This document shows positions 49,905-58,780 of a stretch of 64,000 nucleotides of DNA, piece by piece. The translations under genes and the position numbers were made by a program. Source of the DNA: Albibacterium sp. Lineage in GTDB: Bacteria > Bacteroidota > Bacteroidia > Sphingobacteriales > Sphingobacteriaceae. The stretch is taken from assembly GCA_036796375.1 (NCBI GenBank), contig DAIRDA010000001.1, positions 36 through 64,035 on the forward strand. Direction: 5' to 3'. How positions within the stretch are numbered: the stretch's first letter is position 1; every line of letters begins with the position of its first letter. The notes under the pieces were generated by a model. The model saw only the letters and a list, made by a program, of their open reading frames with translations, was not told the DNA's origin and did no database searches.

Positions 49905-50066
49905 ATGAAAGTAGTGTTAGTAGTTGCTTTGTTTTCCATAGGCGCGATTTTTTTATTTAAGCGATATTATAAAAGCGCTCCGGGAAACTTCAAGGGATGG
50001 TTGGGGCGGCTTGCTGCTATTCTGGCTATCGGTGCATGGATTTATCTTCTATTTCGTATACGCTAG
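49905..50066 (+). CDS. candidate small membrane protein, 53 aa, two predicted transmembrane helices
   Basis: Hand translation gives MKVVLVVALFSIGAIFLFKRYYKSAPGNFKGWLGRLAAILAIGAWIYLLFRIR*. It is below the 60-aa cut-off of the ORF track. Two hydrophobic stretches flank a basic loop, and a promoter box lies directly upstream. Confidence 0.4.
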   Translation: MKVVLVVALFSIGAIFLFKRYYKSAPGNFKGWLGRLAAILAIGAWIYLLFRIR

Positions 50067-50133
50067 TACGAACCGACGTGAGTATAAGCATGTTAATATT
50101 TCAAAAAGACTTTCAATTGCTCGTTTTATTATT

Positions 50134-50141
50134 TATCTTTG
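50134..50141 (+). promoter_or_regulatory. -7 promoter box TATCTTTG (rpsP operon)
   Basis: Exact TAnnTTTG, 54 nt upstream of the rpsP ATG. Confidence 0.5.
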
Positions 50142-50195
50142 CAGCCCCGCAGCATGTAGTTCCGGGAAATATGTTGAATACATAAATAAAATACA

Positions 50196-50735
50196 ATGGC
50201 AACTAAAATCAGATTGCAAAGATTCGGTAAAAAAGGTAAGCCTTTTTACCACGTAGTAGTAGCAGACGCACGTGCACCCAGAGATGGTAAATTCATTGAG
50301 CGTTTAGGTTCTTACAACCCAAATACAAATCCTGCTACCATTAACCTTGATTTCGAAAAAACATTAGATTGGATGAATAAAGGTGCGCAGCCGACAGATA
50401 CGGCACGTGCGATTTTATCATACAAGGGAGTATTGTATAAAAAACATCTGCAAGGTGGTGTGAAAAAAGGTGCATTTGATGAGGCTACTGCTGACGCACG
50501 CTTTGAAGAATGGTTGAACGGTAAAGAAAGCAAGATATCTTCTAAGAAAGAAGACTTGGCTTCTACTGCCGCTGAAACAAGGAAAGTTGCTTTAGCTGCT
50601 GAAGCGAAAAAGAAAGAAGAGATGGCTGCTGCAATCGCTGCTAAAAACACTCCTCCTGCAGAAGAAACCGTAGAAGAAACTGAGGCTGCTGCTGATACAG
50701 AAGCATCGGATGAGACTCCGGCTGGCGAAGAATAG
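50196..50735 (+). CDS. rpsP: 30S ribosomal protein S16 with Ala/Glu/Lys-rich C-terminal extension
   Basis: N-terminus [31 protein letters not shown]. At 179 aa it is about 90 aa longer than the canonical protein. Confidence 0.95.
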   Translation: MATKIRLQRFGKKGKPFYHVVVADARAPRDGKFIERLGSYNPNTNPATINLDFEKTLDWMNKGAQPTDTARAILSYKGVLYKKHLQGGVKKGAFDEATADARFEEWLNGKESKISSKKEDLASTAAETRKVALAAEAKKKEEMAAAIAAKNTPPAEETVEETEAAADTEASDETPAGEE

Positions 50736-50755
50736 TTTGTAATAGTTTATACGAG

Positions 50756-50798
50756 AATGTCATTCCAGAAGATTTTTCTTTAGGAATGACATTTTTTT
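50756..50798 (+). terminator. hairpin (AATGTCATTCC / GGAATGACATT, 16-nt loop) plus T7 between rpsP and rimM
   Basis: 11-bp stem followed by TTTTTTT. It is a likely intra-operon terminator or attenuator. Confidence 0.55.
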
Positions 50799-50810
50799 CA
50801 TTTAAGCGAA

Positions 50811-51341
50811 GTGAATATCAGCGACAGTTTTAAAATTGGTTATATAACCAAGACAAGAGGTTTGAAAGGCGAGGTTCAAATTTTTTTTGAATTTGATGAT
50901 CCGGATGCGTTGGACCTTCGTCTTATATTTTTAGAAATTAATCGTCAGCTGGTCCCTTTTTTCGTAGCCTCCTATAAACTTCTTTCCAATAATACCGGCT
51001 TTTTCTTTCTGGAGGATGTTGAACATATCGATCAGGCTAAAGACTTAGTTCGCAAAAATGTCTTTCTTCCGAACGATAAGCTACCGGTCCGGGATGATGA
51101 TGAGTTTCTTATTGAAGACTTCAAAGGTTTTACAGTAATTGATTCAGTACATGGAGTGCTCGGTGAAATTCTTGAAATCAATGAGTATCCGCAGCAGTTT
51201 ATTGCAACCGTAAATTACCGGAGCAAGGAAATCCTGTTTCCACTGAGCGATGATTTTATTGAAGAATATGATGAAGAGAGAAAAATTCTGAAGGTAATGT
51301 TACCGGAAGGTCTGCTCGATATTTACCTGGACCAGTCTTAA
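50811..51341 (+). CDS. rimM: ribosome maturation factor RimM
   Basis: 176 aa with a GTG start and FKIGYITKTRGLKGEVQIFF. Operon context supports the call. Confidence 0.9.
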   Translation: MNISDSFKIGYITKTRGLKGEVQIFFEFDDPDALDLRLIFLEINRQLVPFFVASYKLLSNNTGFFFLEDVEHIDQAKDLVRKNVFLPNDKLPVRDDDEFLIEDFKGFTVIDSVHGVLGEILEINEYPQQFIATVNYRSKEILFPLSDDFIEEYDEERKILKVMLPEGLLDIYLDQS

Positions 51342-51350
51342 TTAATCACT

Positions 51351-52028
51351 ATGCGTTTCGACATCATTACGGTGCTTCCTGACTTGCTTGCCAGCCCTTT
51401 TGCTCACTCTATTATCCAAAGGGCACAAAATAAGGGCCTTGCAGAAATTCACGTGCATAATTTACGTGACTATTCGGAAAGCAAGCAAAAAAGTGTTGAC
51501 GACTATCCTTATGGAGGTGGCGGAGGGATGGTAATGTCAATACAGCCTTTTGCCAATTGTATCAACGCACTTTCAGCTGAGAGGTCATATGACGAAATTA
51601 TATTCATGACACCTGATGGCGTGACACTGAATCAGGGAATTGCGAATGAACTTTCCGGTAAGGGAAACATTATTGTGTTGTGTGGTCATTATAAAGGGAT
51701 CGACCAACGGATCAGGGACCTGTTTGTTACAAGAGAGATCTCGGTCGGAGATTATGTTCTCTCGGGTGGTGAGCTTCCGGCAGCGATTTTGGTGGATGCC
51801 GTGGTACGGTTGATTCCAGGAGTACTTTCAGATGAAACCTCTGCTTTGTCAGATTCTTTTCAAGGTGACTTGCTTGACGCTCCGCTTTATACCCGTCCGG
51901 CTGACTGGCAAGGGCATAAGGTGCCCGATATTTTACTGAGTGGGAATGAAGCTATAATAAATAACTGGCGCTACGAGGAAGCATTAAAGCGCACGCGGGA
52001 AAGAAGGCCCGATCTTCTTGACGATTAG
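51351..52028 (+). CDS. trmD: tRNA (guanine37-N1)-methyltransferase
   Basis: 225 aa with [12 protein letters not shown] and [21 protein letters not shown]. Confidence 0.95.
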   Translation: MRFDIITVLPDLLASPFAHSIIQRAQNKGLAEIHVHNLRDYSESKQKSVDDYPYGGGGGMVMSIQPFANCINALSAERSYDEIIFMTPDGVTLNQGIANELSGKGNIIVLCGHYKGIDQRIRDLFVTREISVGDYVLSGGELPAAILVDAVVRLIPGVLSDETSALSDSFQGDLLDAPLYTRPADWQGHKVPDILLSGNEAIINNWRYEEALKRTRERRPDLLDD

Positions 52029-52113
52029 CGGGTTCGATCAGTTTGTGATCGATGCCGAAATATATTTTCAAGAAGCATTTAAAAATCAAAAAAAAATAAC
52101 TAATATTGCAGTC

Positions 52114-52136
52114 CGATTTTTACGGGTTAAAAATCG
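52114..52136 (+). promoter_or_regulatory. hairpin CGATTTTTA-CGGGT-TAAAAATCG in the rplS 5' region
   Basis: Perfect 9-bp stem, 20 nt upstream of the rplS ATG and downstream of a near-consensus TAATATTG box (52101-52108). Confidence 0.3.
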
Positions 52137-52155
52137 TCATTAATTACTTACAATC

Positions 52156-52515
52156 ATGGATTTAGTAAAGTTTGTAGAAGAACAAGCGGTAGCAAAAAAC
52201 GAAGTTCCCGCATTTAGAGCAGGTGACACCATTAGCGTTCACTATAAAATTCGAGAAGGAAATAAAGAGCGTGTTCAGGTTTATCAAGGTGTTGTTATTC
52301 AGCGCAACAGTATTGGAACCAGTGAAACATTTACAGTTCGTAAAATTTCGAACGGTGTGGGTGTTGAGCGTATTTTCCCATTGAACTCTCCTAATATTGA
52401 AAAAATCGTAATGAATAGCTACGGTAAGGTTCGTCGTTCTAAGATTTACTACCTACGCGCCCTTACAGGGAAAGCGGCTCGTATTAAATCGAGAAGAATC
52501 AAAATCGAGAAATAG
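52156..52515 (+). CDS. rplS: 50S ribosomal protein L19
   Basis: 119 aa. Typical L19 sequence ([29 protein letters not shown]). Confidence 0.95.
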   Translation: MDLVKFVEEQAVAKNEVPAFRAGDTISVHYKIREGNKERVQVYQGVVIQRNSIGTSETFTVRKISNGVGVERIFPLNSPNIEKIVMNSYGKVRRSKIYYLRALTGKAARIKSRRIKIEK

Positions 52516-52547
52516 AAAGCCCGTTATTCAGGTTAATATACAAAAAA

Positions 52548-52577
52548 AGCTTCGTGAATGTTCACGAAGCTTTTTTT
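52548..52577 (+). terminator. rho-independent terminator after rplS (AGCTTCGTGAA / TTCACGAAGCT plus T7)
   Basis: Perfect 11-bp stem with a 2-nt loop and a T-tract. An A-tract upstream makes it potentially bidirectional. Confidence 0.8.
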
Positions 52578-52693
52578 GTATTATTTGCTTTGATTTCCTG
52601 GGTTTATTGAAGTATGGATGATAGGAAAGGCGAAAGAATCGCCTTAACATGATGACAGTAAGATTGGCTAGCGGATTGGCTGAACCATCCTCA

Positions 52694-53866
52694 TCATTCA
52701 ACGAAATCCTCGCGGCGAGTTCCCTGGTACAATTCGTATTCCATCAAACGGCAGTCGAGTCGGCCATTGTAGAATTCGATTTTTCGGGATGCTTTAAGGC
52801 CTATTTTTTTCGCAAGTTCAGGATTGCCAGTAAAAACGTAGCCTTTATACCCTTTGCACGATTGCTTCATGAAGTCGCCTATTTCCTTATAGGTATTTTC
52901 CAGTTTGGAATGTACTCCCAGCCTTTCACCGTACTCCGGATTGAAAACTACTACTCCTTCTTCCTGAGGAACGTTCGTGTCTTTAAAATCACAAGTCTGG
53001 AACTCAATGAGTGTATCTACTCCGGCAGTTTTGGCATTGTTAATAGAAATTTCGACAGCCTCCGCTGAAATGTCAGAGGCAATAATCTTCAAATCCGTCT
53101 TTTTGATAATTGCCGCTTTCAGCAATCGTCTTTCTTCAAAGAAAACTTCCTGATCGTAACCCAAGATGTGCATAAATGCATAGTTCATGCGGAACAGGCC
53201 GGGCTTCCGGTTGGTGGCAATTAAGGCGGCCTCGATCGCCAACGTGCCCGAGCCACACATGGGGTTCACAAAAGGCGACTTCATGTCCCATTCGGTAGCA
53301 TATACAACGCCTGCTGCAAGCGCTTCAAGCATCGGCGCCTTTCCTGGATGTTTGCGATAGCCGTGCTTGGCTAATGTTTCTCCGGAAGTATCTATATAAA
53401 GCTCCGCCTGATTTTCCTGCCAATACAGATGAATCACGGTCTGACTAAGATCCGGTCCGCTATTCGGACGCAGTCCTTTACGTGCTTTTATACGATCGGC
53501 GATTGCATCCTTAACTTTCAGATTGGCAAAGAGAGGCGTCGTAATGCTCTCATTGTTTACGTTCGAGTTAATGGATACGTAACCGTTGAAATCTATCAGA
53601 TCTTCCCAGGGAAGGGCTGCAACCTCACGGTAAACATCGTCGGCATTGCGTGCCTGAAAAGATTTGATAGAATATAAAATCTGGCTGGCGCAACGCAGGT
53701 TCAGGTTCAATTTGATACAATCGTTCACGCTCGCTTCAAGCTCCACACCAGTGGAGAATATGCGTTTTGGAACGAAGCCCAAATCCTGAACTTCCTTTTG
53801 CAGATAGGGAGAAAGCCTGCTATTGCAGGTGATAATTACTTTCGAGGTGTTGTTGAAAACTTGCAT
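52694..53866 (-). CDS. THUMP-domain class I SAM-dependent RNA methyltransferase (RlmL/COG0116-like)
   Basis: 390 aa with an N-terminal THUMP pattern and the methyltransferase region DPMCGSGT-like NPMCGSGTL ... NPEYGER. Confidence 0.85.
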   Translation of the reverse strand: MQVFNNTSKVIITCNSRLSPYLQKEVQDLGFVPKRIFSTGVELEASVNDCIKLNLNLRCASQILYSIKSFQARNADDVYREVAALPWEDLIDFNGYVSINSNVNNESITTPLFANLKVKDAIADRIKARKGLRPNSGPDLSQTVIHLYWQENQAELYIDTSGETLAKHGYRKHPGKAPMLEALAAGVVYATEWDMKSPFVNPMCGSGTLAIEAALIATNRKPGLFRMNYAFMHILGYDQEVFFEERRLLKAAIIKKTDLKIIASDISAEAVEISINNAKTAGVDTLIEFQTCDFKDTNVPQEEGVVVFNPEYGERLGVHSKLENTYKEIGDFMKQSCKGYKGYVFTGNPELAKKIGLKASRKIEFYNGRLDCRLMEYELYQGTRREDFVE

Positions 53867-53938
53867 AGATAATTATGCGAAGGTACTGATAATTGTAAGT
53901 TTTATTCCTTAATTTTACAGATTATAACAGTAAATATT

Positions 53939-54316
53939 ATGGAAATAACCGGAAAAGTACACGAAGTTGGTCCAGTCCAGCAAATTTCAGACACGTTTAG
54001 AAAGAGAGATCTGGTGATTCAATATGCGGAGAATCCTCAGTTCGTTGAGTACATTAAATTTGAAGCAACTCAGGATAGGGTGAATATTTTTGACAATTTA
54101 AATCCGGGTGATGAGGTTGCCGTATCATTTAATTTGAGAGGTCGCCCATGGACCAATAAGGAAGGTGTTACTTCTTATTTTAATTCCTTAGTAGCTTGGC
54201 GTGTTAATAAAGCCGCGACAGATTCTGCCGCACAAGCACAGTATAACACCCCTGCCGCTGCCCCTCCTGTGGATATCTCTTCCAACTCGAATGATGATGA
54301 CGATCTGCCGTTTTAA
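53939..54316 (+). CDS. DUF3127 (OB-fold-like) protein with low-complexity tail ending DDDDLPF
   Basis: 125 aa. The N-terminal ~90 aa match the DUF3127 pattern (MEITGKV.EV...Q.....F.KR..V). The tail is read directly from the sequence. Confidence 0.75.
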   Translation: MEITGKVHEVGPVQQISDTFRKRDLVIQYAENPQFVEYIKFEATQDRVNIFDNLNPGDEVAVSFNLRGRPWTNKEGVTSYFNSLVAWRVNKAATDSAAQAQYNTPAAAPPVDISSNSNDDDDLPF

Positions 54317-54336
54317 AATACTTGAATTTTGAAAAA

Positions 54337-54363
54337 AACCTCTTAGCGATAAGGGGTTTTTTT
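54337..54363 (+). terminator. rho-independent terminator after the DUF3127 gene
   Basis: Stem AACCTCTTA / TAAGGGGTT (one G-U pair), loop GCGA, then T7. Confidence 0.7.
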
Positions 54364-54441
54364 GTGTTCGTTCGCATACCGGGGTCTTTCTCTATGGTTG
54401 TTAAATAATGTTAAATCACCTCATTAGCACATAACTCTATG

Positions 54442-54449
54442 TATTTTTG
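54442..54449 (+). promoter_or_regulatory. -7 promoter box TATTTTTG (histidine kinase / response regulator operon)
   Basis: Exact TAnnTTTG, 5 nt upstream of the ATG at 54455. Confidence 0.5.
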
Positions 54450-54454
54450 TCGCT

Positions 54455-56275
54455 ATGAATCGTAAGAGCATCAGTCTGATCATTGGTTTAATGGGAATCG
54501 CCCTCTTAGGGGTGATGGCTATGCAATATTACTTCATCCGGCAATCTTATATGCTGAAATCACAGCTCTTCGACGAATCCGTTATGGCTGCCATCAATAC
54601 AGTTGCCTTAAAAGCTGAAAAGGATGAGGCGCTGCGTTTTCTAAATGAACGGGAGGTCCAGGAAAAGCAACTGAGGCAGCTGGAAGAAAGTGATCGGAAG
54701 CGAACCGATCTGCAGGAAGAGTCGCTTGTAAAAGCCCAGAGAATGCGTATGAAGAGGCAAAAACTCAGCTCAGAGTTCCGTGCCCTTGAACAGCAGATCA
54801 AACGGCGATATCAGGGGGCTGTACTTCTTGATAACGACTTCTATGAGACATACATGAAAGACCCTGCGCTCCGATCGCATGTTCGCTTGGAAGTAACCAT
54901 ACAGCAAGCCTATGATGAGACGGGGAGAATATATCAGGAACAGGAAATGGGGATTTATGCTGACCGGAAAGCTCCGGTTATGAAGAAAGCCAAAGATGAT
55001 AGTGTACGGTATTTCGTTGCAGACCCAATTCGCGGCGAGTTTATTATATCGCTTCCACCCCGGGTAGATGTGAAGTTGGAGGAAGAGATCAGGCGGCTCG
55101 AGCAGGAGGCAAGAGTGAAAATGGCAGCTGTATATATGGATTCGGTGAAAGCTAACTCCGACGAAGGCGGTTCCGCCCTCCAAGATCTCTCGGTAGAATT
55201 TGAGCGCTCAAAAAAGTCCATCAAAGATAGGATTGACCCTGAATTTCTTGAAAGCGAACTCACCCGGGAATTTCGAAACAGGGAAATTGGTCTAGACTTC
55301 GATTACGCCGTCAGCTTAAGTAAAACTGATTCGGTTATTTACCGCTTTGCTGCGCACGGCGACGGTAGCAAGAGGCTCTCCGATGAAGCGTACAACACCG
55401 TTCTCTTTCCCAGTGATATGGCCGGCGACCGCGCTGTGCTGTCAGTTCTTTTTCCAGATCGCAGCTCTCTCTTGATGGGTAATATGAAGGTAATGCTCAT
55501 TTCTTCCATCACGCTGCTATTGGCAATGATATTAATCTTTGCCTACACTATTTTATCTATTCTGAAGCAGAAGAAACTGTCGGCCATGAAAAATGATTTC
55601 ATGAACAATATGACTCATGAATTCAAGACGCCCGTGGCTACCATCATGATTGCCAGCGAGTCGTTGAAAGATCCGGAAATCTCGAACGATCGGGCGAGAG
55701 TGAGCCGACTTGCCGGCATTATCTATGATGAGAATGTCAGGCTTGGAAACCACATCGAGCGTGTCTTGAATATTGCCCGTTTGGAGAAAGGTGATGTGAA
55801 TATCGACGCAGATCCTATTGATATCAACGACCTGATTAGCACCGTGACAGACAGCATGGCCTTGCAGTTACAAAAAAATAACGTTCAGATCGATTATCGG
55901 CTAGAAGCCAGGGATTCGGTTGTGCTTGGCGATGAACTTCATCTCTCCAATGTCGTCTTTAATCTGCTCGACAACGCGATCAAATATACAGAGAGCGCTC
56001 CAGTTATCCAGATTTGTACAAGATCTACTGAGAAAAATCTTTATCTTTCTATCAAAGACAATGGCATGGGGATGAACAAAGCACAACTGGGCCGTATTTT
56101 CGATCAATTCTATCGTATTCCCACCGGAAATATTCATGATATCAAAGGTTTTGGTCTGGGACTGAGCTACGTATACGACATTGTGAAGCGGTTGGGGGGA
56201 ACGATCAAAGTTAAGAGTGAACTGCATAAGGGTACGGAGTTCGACATCACCTTCCCTTTATATAAAACGCATTGA
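54455..56275 (+). CDS. sensor histidine kinase (two transmembrane segments flanking a ~320-aa charged/coiled-coil extracytoplasmic region, HisKA plus HATPase_c), RprX-like
   Basis: 606 aa with H-box MTHEFKTP, N-box LDNAIKYT and G-boxes DNGMGM / GFGLGLS. Confidence 0.9.
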   Translation: MNRKSISLIIGLMGIALLGVMAMQYYFIRQSYMLKSQLFDESVMAAINTVALKAEKDEALRFLNEREVQEKQLRQLEESDRKRTDLQEESLVKAQRMRMKRQKLSSEFRALEQQIKRRYQGAVLLDNDFYETYMKDPALRSHVRLEVTIQQAYDETGRIYQEQEMGIYADRKAPVMKKAKDDSVRYFVADPIRGEFIISLPPRVDVKLEEEIRRLEQEARVKMAAVYMDSVKANSDEGGSALQDLSVEFERSKKSIKDRIDPEFLESELTREFRNREIGLDFDYAVSLSKTDSVIYRFAAHGDGSKRLSDEAYNTVLFPSDMAGDRAVLSVLFPDRSSLLMGNMKVMLISSITLLLAMILIFAYTILSILKQKKLSAMKNDFMNNMTHEFKTPVATIMIASESLKDPEISNDRARVSRLAGIIYDENVRLGNHIERVLNIARLEKGDVNIDADPIDINDLISTVTDSMALQLQKNNVQIDYRLEARDSVVLGDELHLSNVVFNLLDNAIKYTESAPVIQICTRSTEKNLYLSIKDNGMGMNKAQLGRIFDQFYRIPTGNIHDIKGFGLGLSYVYDIVKRLGGTIKVKSELHKGTEFDITFPLYKTH

Positions 56276-56276
56276 G

Positions 56277-56972
56277 ATGAGTAAAATATTGCTGGCCGAA
56301 GACGATCCTAACCTGGGAGAGATCCTGAAGGAATACCTGGAATTAAAAGGCAAATTTGATATTGTATTATGCACCGATGGTGACGAAGCTCTGCGTGCTT
56401 TCAGTCGCGAGAAGTTCGATCTATGCATTTTCGATGTGATGATGCCTAAGAAAGATGGTTTTACTTTGGGGAAGGAGATCCGTAAAACCGACGAAACCAT
56501 TCCAATTATTTTTGCCACTGCTAAGGGAATGATGGAAGATAAAGCCATTGCGTTTGGACTGGGAGGCGACGATTACATCACCAAACCGTTTCGTGTTGAA
56601 GAACTTTTGCTGAGAATAAACGCCTTACTCAAACGGGCAGGAAACAAAGAGCAGTCGGAGGCCGAGCCCTTGCAAACTACCTTCGATATCGGCGAATATT
56701 TTTTTGATTACACGTCGCAAACGATCAAGCGCAAAGGGGAGCTGCAGAAACTCTCCACGAAAGAGGCCGAACTGTTACGGATGCTCTGTTTAAATAAAAA
56801 TGAAGTGCTAACCCGCGAGGAAGCACTCCTCAAAATTTGGCACGACGACAATTATTTCAATGGCCGAAGCATGGACGTCTTTCTGAGTAAGCTCCGTAAA
56901 TACCTAAAACAGGATCCCTCGGTCGAAATTGTCAATGTTCATGGCAAGGGTTACAAGCTACTCGTCGGATAG
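56277..56972 (+). CDS. OmpR-family response regulator (RprY-like)
   Basis: The ATG at 56277 lies 1 nt after the kinase stop. Receiver motifs are ILLAEDD and FDVMMPKKDG. The winged helix ends VHGKGYKL. Confidence 0.92.
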   Translation: MSKILLAEDDPNLGEILKEYLELKGKFDIVLCTDGDEALRAFSREKFDLCIFDVMMPKKDGFTLGKEIRKTDETIPIIFATAKGMMEDKAIAFGLGGDDYITKPFRVEELLLRINALLKRAGNKEQSEAEPLQTTFDIGEYFFDYTSQTIKRKGELQKLSTKEAELLRMLCLNKNEVLTREEALLKIWHDDNYFNGRSMDVFLSKLRKYLKQDPSVEIVNVHGKGYKLLVG

Positions 56973-58511
56973 GTTAAATTTGATGCCCTGAGCCAGCGGG
57001 ATGGTTTGGGAGTAATTAATGGTGTTGGTTTGCCGGCGCATATAGGCCTTCCAGGCATCGCTTCCCGACTCTCTTCCCCCGCCTGAATCCTTTTCGCCCC
57101 CAAACGCCCCGCCGATTTCCGCTCCGGAAGTTCCGATGTTTACATTGGCAATTCCGCAATCCGACCCCAGGGCAGATAAAAACTGCTCTGCCTCGCGGAG
57201 ATTTAACGTCATAATGGATGAAGACAACCCTTGCGGCACGTCGTTTTGGATGGCGATCGCCTCATCCAGCGTTTCATATTTCATCATATAAAGGATCGGT
57301 GCAAAGGTCTCCGATTTCACAATATCCATCGATGGTTCTACTTCAGCAATGCAGGGCTGTACATAGCAGGCTGAGCCGAGATGCTCACCGCTTAGCACTT
57401 TCCCCTCTACGAGAAAACGGCCACCCTCTTTTTTAATTTGTTCGATGGTTCTCAGGTACGCGTTTACCGCCTCCTGATCGATCAGCGGACCTACATGATT
57501 GTTCTCATCCAGCGGATCGCCAATGCGAAGTTGTTGATAGGCCTTCACCAGTTTATCGGCAAATTGCTGATAGATGCGCTTGTGAACAATTATTCTCCGG
57601 GTGGAGGTACAGCGTTGTCCTGCTGTCCCCACCGCACCGAATACGGCGGCTGGAAGCGCAATATTTAGGTCCGCATGCTCGCTGATGATCATCGCGTTAT
57701 TCCCCCCTAATTCCAATATACTCTTTCCGAGGCGGGCCGCCACTCCCTGAGCAACATCTTTCCCCATGCGGGTACTACCCGTAGCAGAAATCAAAGCGAT
57801 TCGTTTGTCGTTCGTCATTGCTTTACCGATAGTTACGTCGCCTTGCACCAAGGAGCTTATACCTTCCGGAAGATCATTCGCCTTTAACACTTTCGACAAC
57901 AAGTGCTGACAGGCGATGGCGGTCAGCGGCGTCTTCTCCGAAGGCTTCCACACACATACGTTTCCGCATACCAATGCCAGTGCAGCATTCCAGCTCCACA
58001 CCGCCACCGGGAAATTGAAAGCCGAGATAATACCAACCACACCCAGCGGATGCCATTGCTCATACATGCGGTGTTGAGGGCGTTCCGATGCAATGGTTAG
58101 TCCGTAAAGCTGTCGGCTTAAGCCCAGGGCAAAATCACAGATATCGATCATCTCCTGAACTTCGCCGAACCCTTCCTGCAAACTTTTCCCCATTTCATAA
58201 GACACCAGTGCACCCAGATCTTCCTTATGTTCGCGCAGAGCATTTCCGAATTGCCTGATCATATTACCCCGATCCGGCGGAGGCACGGTCCTCCAATAAG
58301 AGAAAGCTTTCTGAGCCGTTTCGATCACACGGTCGTAATCTTCCGCCGAAGCCTGCCTTACCGTTCCGATCAGCTCGTTATCAACCGGAGAAATACTTTC
58401 AATTACAGCGCCATCCTGGCTCATGCCGCTGTCAGTGCCCGTGCTCCAGGAAGCGTTCTCTCCTCCGAGCCCTAACCGGTCTATTATGGAACGAATGTCA
58501 ATCTTGCTCAT
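56958..58511 (-). CDS. aldehyde dehydrogenase, ALDH7 / piperideine-6-carboxylate (aminoadipate-semialdehyde) dehydrogenase-like
   Basis: I prefer the ATG at 58511 (MSKIDIRSIIDRLGL), giving 517 aa. ELGGNNA and the catalytic Cys in GQRCTS are present. Confidence 0.88.
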   Translation of the reverse strand: MSKIDIRSIIDRLGLGGENASWSTGTDSGMSQDGAVIESISPVDNELIGTVRQASAEDYDRVIETAQKAFSYWRTVPPPDRGNMIRQFGNALREHKEDLGALVSYEMGKSLQEGFGEVQEMIDICDFALGLSRQLYGLTIASERPQHRMYEQWHPLGVVGIISAFNFPVAVWSWNAALALVCGNVCVWKPSEKTPLTAIACQHLLSKVLKANDLPEGISSLVQGDVTIGKAMTNDKRIALISATGSTRMGKDVAQGVAARLGKSILELGGNNAMIISEHADLNIALPAAVFGAVGTAGQRCTSTRRIIVHKRIYQQFADKLVKAYQQLRIGDPLDENNHVGPLIDQEAVNAYLRTIEQIKKEGGRFLVEGKVLSGEHLGSACYVQPCIAEVEPSMDIVKSETFAPILYMMKYETLDEAIAIQNDVPQGLSSSIMTLNLREAEQFLSALGSDCGIANVNIGTSGAEIGGAFGGEKDSGGGRESGSDAWKAYMRRQTNTINYSQTIPLAQGIKFNLSDE

Positions 58512-58780
58512 ATACGATTTTGATTTCAGGGAATATACGGTTTTGTCCATAATTATAATTATTTTTGTATTGTTAATCGAATCCCCCTGCAAACCTCCCC
58601 TGTTTTTCTTGTTTTCAATATAGAAAGTTTTAGACATTGTGTCATGATTTCGGCTTGAAATGCAACAACTTAGGAGGTGGATCGGGATTTGTTATAAAAT
58701 AAATTAGACGAACAGAAAAGAAAAAAGTATTTTGTAAGTGGATATCCATCCTGTTCAACAGTTCTTAAACAAGCTTATTA

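Noticed and set aside
49997-50256. Two overlapping ORFs (62 and 81 aa) upstream of and running into rpsP
   Set aside because: They are out of frame with the better-supported 53-codon ORF. They cross the rpsP -7 box and the rpsP start codon. The translations are Cys/Tyr-rich and implausible.
50460-50735. Ala/Glu/Lys-rich ~90-aa C-terminal extension of S16
   Set aside because: It is real, but extended S16 proteins are a common feature of Bacteroidota. Not novel.
52649-53068. 139-aa plus-strand ORF
   Set aside because: Antisense to the 3' part of the THUMP methyltransferase gene.
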